A stretch of 64,000 bases of DNA from IMG/VR virus record IMGVR_UViG_3300009152_000030, positions 32,001 to 96,000 of that record. One strand, given 5' to 3'. The position numbers and the translations under genes are program-made. The first letter of the stretch is position 1. The number at the start of each line of letters is the position of its first letter. Below are positions 8,008 through 15,419 of the stretch, in pieces. This stretch comes from a virus. The notes below the pieces were generated by a model. That model was not told the DNA's origin, did not search any database, and saw only the letters and a program-made list of their open reading frames with translations.

Positions 8008-8430
8008 CTAGAAGGTGCCGTCGTCCGCAGTGGCCGTCTCGCGAAGCGCCGCAAGGGCCTCCGCAGCGGCATCTGCACCAGCGGATGAGGCCGCGGGAGC
8101 CGAAGCGCCAGCGGGGGAGCCAGTCTTGACGACGACGTTGGCGAGGATCTTGACGGCGAAGCCCTTGGAGCCATCCTTGCGGAGGAACTCTTCGTCTTCG
8201 GGGGTTCCGTCCACGAACACGGTGTCGCCCTTCTTGAGGATCTTCGCCATGTTCTCCGCGAGTGCGCCGAAGCACACGACGTCCCGCCACTTCACGACAG
8301 CGACGCCCTTGACCTTGCGGTTGACAGCGACGCGCATGGCGCAGATGGAAGTTCCCGACTGGCCCGTCAGGAGAATAGGGTCGGCTCCAAGGTTGCCGAC
8401 GACCTGAGTACGCTCAAAGCCCATGCTCAT
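8008..8430 (-). CDS. ssb: Single-stranded DNA-binding protein (SSB 2)
   Basis: VVGNLGADP, W.DVVCFGALAENMAKILKKGDTVFVDG, tail ending DDGTF; likely start ATG 8430 after GGAG. Confidence 0.88.
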   Translation of the reverse strand: MSMGFERTQVVGNLGADPILLTGQSGTSICAMRVAVNRKVKGVAVVKWRDVVCFGALAENMAKILKKGDTVFVDGTPEDEEFLRKDGSKGFAVKILANVVVKTGSPAGASAPAASSAGADAAAEALAALRETATADDGTF

Positions 8431-8549
8431 GGGTGCGCTCCAGTGTGGAGAGAAGGACCATCCCTCTCTCCGCACAAACAAGGGCCGTTAGGCCCTCTGG
8501 CGATCCATCTCGTTGGATCAACGGGAGCCAGGACATCTGGACTCCGCAG

Positions 8550-8569
8550 AAAGAAGGGGCGATAGCCCC
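8550..8569 (-). terminator. Intrinsic terminator, copy 4
   Basis: GGGGCTATCGCCCCTTCTTT on minus strand. Confidence 0.75.
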
Positions 8570-8668
8570 CGAGCGAAGCGAGCTCTACAAGCGAAGAACT
8601 AAGGAACAAACGGACGGCGCGAGCGAAGCGAGCGGCAGCGGAGTAATTGGACCTTTTTTGGATGAAAG

Positions 8669-8702
8669 AAAAAAATAGCCCACCCATGATGGGCAGGCTA
8701 TT
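8669..8702 (-). terminator. Intrinsic terminator of the long leftward operon
   Basis: AATAGCCTGCCCA-TCA-TGGGTGGGCTATT-TTTTT immediately after the 8705 stop. Confidence 0.8.
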
Positions 8703-8704
8703 CT

Positions 8705-8998
8705 CTAGTTATTGCCGTTCTTCTTTCTGTTTGCTTCTAGCATTTCCAGAAGACCGCGAGCCATCTTTGCATTGTGCTCATTCTCCTTTTGGGTAACCCA
8801 TTTTGGAGGAGGATCTTTGATGTCAAAGAAGATTTGAATTTCATGGCGAAGTACATAGTAACCTTTGTTGATACGTAAATCAACACAGATCACAACTTCT
8901 CCTGCTCCAACCAACGTCCCGTCCCATGCCCTAATAGTGCCGGTTGGCTTTGGTTTGCGGTTTGTTTCAATGATGTGGCCATTAAATGACTTTTTCAT
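8705..8998 (-). CDS. Hypothetical protein
   Basis: 97-aa ORF, AAGGA RBS, last gene before terminator. Confidence 0.7.
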   Translation of the reverse strand: MKKSFNGHIIETNRKPKPTGTIRAWDGTLVGAGEVVICVDLRINKGYYVLRHEIQIFFDIKDPPPKWVTQKENEHNAKMARGLLEMLEANRKKNGNN

Positions 8999-9033
8999 TG
9001 TTGCCTATTCCTTACGTGCAGTGTTATGTTCTG

Positions 9034-12000
9034 CTACTTCTTTGCAAGGTCGTTCGGGTTGATGATAATCATCGGACGATTGACCTTCTTGGCGTAGTTG
9101 ACACAGTTGGATGTGCCACTCGGAGAACCATCCCAGATTGCGACAACCGCCTCGCAGTTATCAACCATCCAGTAGTTCCGTGCGTGGAGACACTTCTCTT
9201 TGCCTGCAAGGTCGTAGCCTTTCTTATTGACAAGCACAACTTGATGAGCAAGAGCAAGCATCTTCTTGTAACGCATCTTAGCTTCGTCACCCTTGAAGTA
9301 ATCACCATGGTCGCTGCAAGGACGAGCCACGATGAACTTGAGGCCAAGCTTGTGAGCCTCACGTGCGGCATCAGTGTCAACGCCAAGAGCACCACCAGTA
9401 ACGACGATGATCTCACGAGTTGCACTGTACTTGGCAATGGCACGCTTTAATGCATCTGCGATTGCATTCTTTACAGCAACACGCAGAGGATGATTCTCGT
9501 CATAGCCGCCAATCTTTTCGGGGCGATGACCAGTGAATGCAATCCTGTAGGGCTTTGCTTCCACGGCAACAACAGGCACAGCAGGAGCAGGCTTGGCTTC
9601 AACAGCAGGAGCGTCAACCGGGACCCAATTGACATCTGCCATGTTCTTAGGCTGCCACTTGCCGTTGACCATTACAAGTTGTACAGGCTGTGCCGCAGTG
9701 TACGTGCCTTCAAGTACTTCACTGAAGATTTGAGTCTCAGACTCTTCCTCGTCACTGTCGTACTCGCTAGCATACTGCTCCAGCTCTTCAGCGCTGACTG
9801 GATTCTCAGAACCAAAGGCATCTTCAAAGTTGAAGTCTGCCATGCCTGCGCTCTCCAGCATCTTGTCGTAGTCGATATTCTCAGAGACAGAGATATCGAA
9901 GAACTCCTTCTCGGGAGGAGGCTCGGGCTTGACCGGCTCTTGACCCTTGAAGGTCAGCCAGACGAAGTTACGAGTGTAGGTCTTGCCGTTGGCACCATGA
10001 CCGTCACGCTTCTCCACTTCGCTTGCCTCAACGGTAGCACCGCTGAAGAAGTTGTTGAGAGTACCGTGGTAGCCCATCATGCCGGCAATCTGCCACTGAG
10101 TCTTGCCCTTGAAGGCACCGTTGTTCTCGAATGCCTTGCGCGTCTCGCTGGTCTTGCGGAAGACCAAGTAAGCAACTGCGGCGGCGCGATGGTCCTGGTC
10201 AGGGTTACCGCGCTGTCCACCGTATGCAAGCTGAATGCGGTTGTCGCTGAGGAGCTGCTGGATGTTGAGGCCAACAAGCGACTGAGGATCAACAGTCTTG
10301 CCATCCTTGCTCTCACGAATGAGGAAGGCGGCGCGAACGTCGGCAGCAAGAAGCTTATCCTGAGTCTTCTTCACGGCAGCATCCTCAAGGAACTTGCAGA
10401 GAACTTCTGCGTAGCCCTTGTAGTTACCGGTCGAGGCAAAGTACATCTTGCGGCTGTAACCACCGCTGGAGGTAAGCTCACCCTGCGCGTCGATGGCGTC
10501 AGAGTCGATGATCTTTGTCTTGTTGCCTTCTTCGTCATCAAGGAACTCGACCTTACCCTTGCCCATGGACAGAGTAATAGGCTTTTCCGCAGACGTACCG
10601 AGAGCGGACATCAGCTCAGAAAGCACGAACATTTCGTACTTGTACTCAGCCTTATCCTCGTAGACCTCTTCGAAGAGAGGCCAGAGATCCTCGTGACGTG
10701 CTGCGAAGGCTGCATGGATGGGCTTCTGAGCGTAAACCCGACGAAGGGTCTTGAGCTCTTCAGCGTTCATCATGTAGCGAACCTTGTCGATTTCCTCGTA
10801 ACGATGCTTCATTGCCTCAGGCACAGTCATCATGTGACCATTGTCCTGGCTGTAGCGATTGACCGCATGATACTTACGGAACATGAAGGAGCCGAAGGTC
10901 GTGAGATTGAACTCACCCTCGTATTGCTCCTGCTCATCCCGGTAGTGCTTGCTGATCAGCTCATCAAGCTCATGCGAGTGCTCTTCAAGGAACGCCTGAA
11001 GATTGGAGGTCAGGAGAGTAGCAGTCTGAGTGCTGTGACCCTCATCGATGAACGACTTGAGGTTCGAGGTCATCGTCTTCCAGTAGCGTGTGAAGCTGCG
11101 GATGATGGGATGCTCAACCTTGACAGACCGACCATCTGCCGTGACAACCGTCTGACGAAGGCTCTGGCAGATCTTAGCGGTCATCGGGATCTTGCCCTCT
11201 TCGTCCTTGAACAAGGCAGGAGCAATGATGTTCTCGCCCGTGATCTCGGAGATTTCTCCCGTGTAACGCACAGCAACAGGTGCAGTTACAAGCGAAAGAA
11301 GGCTGACACCAAGCCGCTTGCGCACAGGCTTAAGGGCCGTCATCTTGCTAGGCTTAGCATCGGGATTCTCACGCATCGCATTGCGGTCGTTGAGTACCCA
11401 GCTGACAGCAATCATCGTCATGATAGCGTCGATGTTGTGCCATGCACGCCAAGCGCCGGGGAAGTCAGTGCCGCTCTGAGCAGCATCGACCACCAGCGAG
11501 ATCTCACCTTCCATCATGCAAGCTGCAAGAAGGGCGGATGGAGTCTTGACTACCGACGGCAGAATGATCAGGTCAGCAAGCAGATAGCTGCCGAACATCT
11601 GAGCATTTGCCATTGCGCCAACGATGGGCATGAACTCGTTATCACCAGGAAGGTGAATCATGTCCCACTTCTCTTCAGCAGTCTTGTCGGCAACCGAAGG
11701 ATCTGCAGGCTGAGCCTTCTCAGCAAGGGCCGTAATGTTGTACTTGATCAAGCCAGAAGGCGAGACAGTCTCGACCGTCTTGACATCAAAGTACGACGAC
11801 AGCAGCTTGTGACCATTCGGAATGGTGTTCACAAGATCAAGCTTTTCAGGAAGCTTAGCAAGGAAGGTGTGTGCCTTCTCGTAAGTATCCTGGACCTGCT
11901 GAACGGTGAACTGGCTCAGCTTGTAGTTACGCAGGTTCATAGAACGCAGCGCAAGCAAGCCAAGCTTACCGCACAGGAAGAACGCCTTGTCGTCAGCGTC

Positions 12001-13437
12001 ACCGCCGTCCATGCTAACAAGGACAGCCTTCTGCATGATCTCCGTGCTGCCGAAGTATGCAGTAGCGTGCAGGAACATGTCGTCCTTAAGGACAACATAG
12101 ATAACCCGCACATCGACCTTAGCCGAAGTAGGCCAACGAGCCGCAGCGCCAAGGCTATCCCGATGGTTGACGGCAAGCTCCTTCTCGTTCTCACCCTTCA
12201 CATCATGGATGTTAAGAGCAGGAACGTTGAGGTTCTTCGCAGCTTCTGCCGTGATAGCAATTGCCGCAAATCCCGTCTTGGCAAGGATCTGTTCCGACTT
12301 GGCGTTGAACGCTTCCTCGATCTTTGCCTTGCGGTCAAGCTCAGCCATGATGAGAAGACGACGCTTCTTCAGGCCAGCGGTTTCGTTTGCAAAGGCACCC
12401 TGCTTCTCCTCATGGAGCCACAGGTCACGGAACATACGCCAGACAAGAGCGCGGGGATACGAGGTAAAGCCACAAGGGCCGTCCTTTGTAACCGCGTTGA
12501 TGCGAAGCTTGCTCTGCGTAACGTCTTCGCTGACACTGTTGACTAGAGTAGTCACAGTAGCAGGAATTGCGCCAGGGTGAACACCAAGGCTAAGAAGCAT
12601 CTTGGTGATCTTTGCCTTGAATGTTGAGGACGTTTCCGTTGCCTCAAGGACGTCGCCATCGAGACCCTTAAGGGCATTCTTGACGTAGTCATCCCAGTGC
12701 GAGATGTTCCAGTCAATCATCTCGTTGAGGATCGCATGGAACTTCGGGTCGTTGAGCACCTGACCAAACAGGGCGCTCAAGTTCTGGACGCCGAGAAGGA
12801 CACCAGGCTCAGACTTCATCTCACCAACGGTCGGCTGCACCATAAGCGCAACATCGGGAGAGAGATCAGGCTTGAGATCCTGCTTGCCTTCGGAGCTCAG
12901 CAGGAAGACATGGGGCGGAAGCCAAAGCTTGACCGCACCCATTGCGCCCTTATAGTACGCTTCGAGCTTAACCACACGGCGAACCTGCATGCCCTGCGTC
13001 ATGGGGCCAGGGGTGAGCTCTGCAGTGCCCATGTAGTGGACACCGTCCTGGATTGCCTTGTAGGCAGGATCCAAGTCAGCCATGTCTACAACCTTGCCAG
13101 TTGCAGATACGATGGCGCTGTAGGTGGCCGTCATCATGGAACGCGCATACTTGCGGCCCTTCTGAGCGGTCTTGCTGGTATACCCAACAGAACCCACAAG
13201 CTTTGCCTTCAGCGCCTTAGGCACCATCAGCGTCTCCATGCTGCTAACAGCAAAGAGGGCAACGTGACCGTCCGGGCATTTCTGCCCTTTCTCAACCACA
13301 GGGTGGTCGAGGAGGCTTTCAAAGCCCGGAAGATCGGAATAGGGGCTCTTAACCCCGGAATACTCGAGATGCTCTCGATAGCTACGGTACATAGTACCCT
13401 CCTTGTCAGTAACCAAAATGGTTACGTTCTGTTTCAT
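9034..13437 (-). CDS. Putative single-subunit two-barrel RNA polymerase (YonO/eukaryotic RdRP-like) fused to a C-terminal YspA/DUF1273 SLOG domain
   Basis: Ordered motifs QDGVHY (~13045), QVR...YYKG (~12950), RWPT (12127-12138), DGGDADD (11989-12009). SLOG: IAFTGHRP, TGGALGVD, RNYWMVD, WDGSPSGT. Likely start MKQNV (13437). Confidence 0.65.
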   Translation of the reverse strand: MKQNVTILVTDKEGTMYRSYREHLEYSGVKSPYSDLPGFESLLDHPVVEKGQKCPDGHVALFAVSSMETLMVPKALKAKLVGSVGYTSKTAQKGRKYARSMMTATYSAIVSATGKVVDMADLDPAYKAIQDGVHYMGTAELTPGPMTQGMQVRRVVKLEAYYKGAMGAVKLWLPPHVFLLSSEGKQDLKPDLSPDVALMVQPTVGEMKSEPGVLLGVQNLSALFGQVLNDPKFHAILNEMIDWNISHWDDYVKNALKGLDGDVLEATETSSTFKAKITKMLLSLGVHPGAIPATVTTLVNSVSEDVTQSKLRINAVTKDGPCGFTSYPRALVWRMFRDLWLHEEKQGAFANETAGLKKRRLLIMAELDRKAKIEEAFNAKSEQILAKTGFAAIAITAEAAKNLNVPALNIHDVKGENEKELAVNHRDSLGAAARWPTSAKVDVRVIYVVLKDDMFLHATAYFGSTEIMQKAVLVSMDGGDADDKAFFLCGKLGLLALRSMNLRNYKLSQFTVQQVQDTYEKAHTFLAKLPEKLDLVNTIPNGHKLLSSYFDVKTVETVSPSGLIKYNITALAEKAQPADPSVADKTAEEKWDMIHLPGDNEFMPIVGAMANAQMFGSYLLADLIILPSVVKTPSALLAACMMEGEISLVVDAAQSGTDFPGAWRAWHNIDAIMTMIAVSWVLNDRNAMRENPDAKPSKMTALKPVRKRLGVSLLSLVTAPVAVRYTGEISEITGENIIAPALFKDEEGKIPMTAKICQSLRQTVVTADGRSVKVEHPIIRSFTRYWKTMTSNLKSFIDEGHSTQTATLLTSNLQAFLEEHSHELDELISKHYRDEQEQYEGEFNLTTFGSFMFRKYHAVNRYSQDNGHMMTVPEAMKHRYEEIDKVRYMMNAEELKTLRRVYAQKPIHAAFAARHEDLWPLFEEVYEDKAEYKYEMFVLSELMSALGTSAEKPITLSMGKGKVEFLDDEEGNKTKIIDSDAIDAQGELTSSGGYSRKMYFASTGNYKGYAEVLCKFLEDAAVKKTQDKLLAADVRAAFLIRESKDGKTVDPQSLVGLNIQQLLSDNRIQLAYGGQRGNPDQDHRAAAVAYLVFRKTSETRKAFENNGAFKGKTQWQIAGMMGYHGTLNNFFSGATVEASEVEKRDGHGANGKTYTRNFVWLTFKGQEPVKPEPPPEKEFFDISVSENIDYDKMLESAGMADFNFEDAFGSENPVSAEELEQYASEYDSDEEESETQIFSEVLEGTYTAAQPVQLVMVNGKWQPKNMADVNWVPVDAPAVEAKPAPAVPVVAVEAKPYRIAFTGHRPEKIGGYDENHPLRVAVKNAIADALKRAIAKYSATREIIVVTGGALGVDTDAAREAHKLGLKFIVARPCSDHGDYFKGDEAKMRYKKMLALAHQVVLVNKKGYDLAGKEKCLHARNYWMVDNCEAVVAIWDGSPSGTSNCVNYAKKVNRPMIIINPNDLAKK

Positions 13438-13442
13438 GTTTT

Positions 13443-15419
13443 CTACCATTCGCCCATATCCATTGTAACAACAGGAAGAGTCGGAGCAACTACTGATACT
13501 GTCTCCATCTTGAAGCCAGAGTCCCAACCCTCACGAGTTGATGTATGCTTTGAGTTGCAGTCTGTGTAGTTAAGCATTGCACGTTCTTCGGCAGTCATCA
13601 TCCGATGAGGATTAGCTTTTGCAATCTCAGGATGAACCAACATAAAGCCGCACTTGGTCTTCATCCAGTCGTAACCGAAGTCGAAAAAGAGCTTTATCGC
13701 CAGATCTAGTCCGGCTAATTGCTTCCTAGACGAACCCTTCTTGTTGTCCGATACATCCGTCTGCACCATGGACAAACGAAGATTCATGTCGATTTTATCG
13801 AACATGTGAACCTGAGCTCGCAACTCAGAGTTTGCCATTGGTAGTTTTGTCTTCAGCGAGTAGACAGCACGCGAGGCTTTGCTTTCTTGAAGCTCTGCAT
13901 GGTACCGAGCCTTGAATTCCGGGAAAGACAGACCAGCAAGGTGCGGAAGCATCCCATATTCTGTTGTTTCCCACTTTTGACGATACTCGTCTTCGAAGTA
14001 CCCCCAATCCAAGTCCGGACGGTTGCAGTCAGTCCAAAGGGTACCACTCTGCTCATTCGCAAGATTATGCAAGTCATAAGCATACATACCATTACATTCA
14101 CTAGCTTTGAAAAGCTGCAGATACCGTAGCATATGATAATATGCTTGGCTCGTGCTGTCCACATTGGTCAGATAGAACCTTTGGTACCTTTTGTTCTGAG
14201 GTACAGCCTGTTCTACAAAGCCAGTTGCGGTTACCACAACACGATTAACGAGTTCGACTCTAAATACACCCTTGTCGCACAGGTATGTATTCCGAACTGC
14301 TCTTCCACAGGCAAGGTTTTGAATGCAAGTCTTACCAGTTTTTGACCAAGTAAGAACTTCCTCTCTTTTGCCAAAGTGAGCAATCTCGCCACTTTCGTAC
14401 ACGTCAGTGGTTTTTGCAAACTCTGTAATGCGTTCGATTTCCGATACCCATTCGTTATAGGTCATCTTCCGCATCTTGTACCAGGACGTAAGGATCATTC
14501 TGATCCACTTCTCTTCAGGGCCATTGGGGTTGAGTTTGGCCTCTCCAAACACCTGCTTGGCAAGTTGCTCTTCTTGGCCATCCCAGCGGTTTTCATTGCC
14601 AAAGCCCCAGTCAGAGACACCACCGCCAGCAGTCAGGACAAAGCCAAACGAGAACTTATTCCCGTTGCCATCGGTGCCCGTCTTGGCATCTACTGTTTTA
14701 TCAACAATATAGCCGTGGTATTGTCCAGACTTCATCTGCTGTTGATAGGTGCCACCACCAACGCAGAAGTGCCCCTTGTAGCGTGAATTGATGCTCTTGC
14801 ATTCATCCCACGCCTGCTGGGGATCAACCCAGCGGAAGTAATACGTCTCCTTGTTGAAGAGAGCCGTTACTTCACAGGTCTTGAGGGATGCCTCGCCGAT
14901 GACCGCGCCCAGGAACTTGACAGACAAGCTATTCACAAGCTCAACTGTGCTAGTGTACCGATTGCGAACAACGTGCCATTCGGCAGCTGACCATGTTTCA
15001 ATACAATTCTTCTTCTTGGCCAGCTTGGCAATGTCCTGGAAGAAGGTCTCCCAGGTAGGCTCATGAGTAACCTCCTTGAACCAGGCCATCATTTCCTTAT
15101 TGGCAAGGAGGATACTGGCAAACTTGTTGAATGCCGCAACATTCATGACCTTTACCTTGATCACCTTGGTCCGGCCCGTCGGCGGCGACCACTTAACCTG
15201 ACGCTCAGAGCCAAAGCACCGAATGCGGTACATGTCAACTCCCTGCTCCTTTAGAGCAATGATGCGCTTACGCACACTCATCAGGTTTGACAGCGAGAAC
15301 CCAGGCATTTCAGGCTGGATCTCATTGGCAATATATTGCCGCTGTTCGAGACGCATTTGCTTGGCCTTCATAAGGGCCTCCTTCTGTTCGGTGGTCATGT
15401 TTTTGGTCATCTTACTCAT
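13443..15419 (-). CDS. Hypothetical protein with divergent PcfJ-like domain; paralog of 21285-23444
   Basis: WDECKSINSRYKGHFCVGGG...HGY...FGFVLT..GGVSDWGFGNENR shared with the 21285-23444 protein. Confidence 0.6.
   Translation of the reverse strand: MSKMTKNMTTEQKEALMKAKQMRLEQRQYIANEIQPEMPGFSLSNLMSVRKRIIALKEQGVDMYRIRCFGSERQVKWSPPTGRTKVIKVKVMNVAAFNKFASILLANKEMMAWFKEVTHEPTWETFFQDIAKLAKKKNCIETWSAAEWHVVRNRYTSTVELVNSLSVKFLGAVIGEASLKTCEVTALFNKETYYFRWVDPQQAWDECKSINSRYKGHFCVGGGTYQQQMKSGQYHGYIVDKTVDAKTGTDGNGNKFSFGFVLTAGGGVSDWGFGNENRWDGQEEQLAKQVFGEAKLNPNGPEEKWIRMILTSWYKMRKMTYNEWVSEIERITEFAKTTDVYESGEIAHFGKREEVLTWSKTGKTCIQNLACGRAVRNTYLCDKGVFRVELVNRVVVTATGFVEQAVPQNKRYQRFYLTNVDSTSQAYYHMLRYLQLFKASECNGMYAYDLHNLANEQSGTLWTDCNRPDLDWGYFEDEYRQKWETTEYGMLPHLAGLSFPEFKARYHAELQESKASRAVYSLKTKLPMANSELRAQVHMFDKIDMNLRLSMVQTDVSDNKKGSSRKQLAGLDLAIKLFFDFGYDWMKTKCGFMLVHPEIAKANPHRMMTAEERAMLNYTDCNSKHTSTREGWDSGFKMETVSVVAPTLPVVTMDMGEW

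Noticed and set aside
9490-12546. 1018-aa plus-strand ORF (also 1455-2780, 15419-17125, 17936-19159, 21189-22280, 22368-23486)
   Set aside because: Antisense shadows of real minus-strand genes. Avoidance of TTA/CTA/TCA codons removes antisense stops; no motifs are recognisable.
9034-13437. Reverse transcriptase or T7-type polymerase call for the DADD-containing protein
   Set aside because: No YxDD in RT context and no T7 motif B; motif order fits a two-barrel polymerase better
13438-13527. ORF-track N-terminal extensions (13527, 19483, 21361, 8481, 6702, 6911)
   Set aside because: They overlap upstream genes or non-coding DNA; downstream ATGs with better RBS or coupling were preferred
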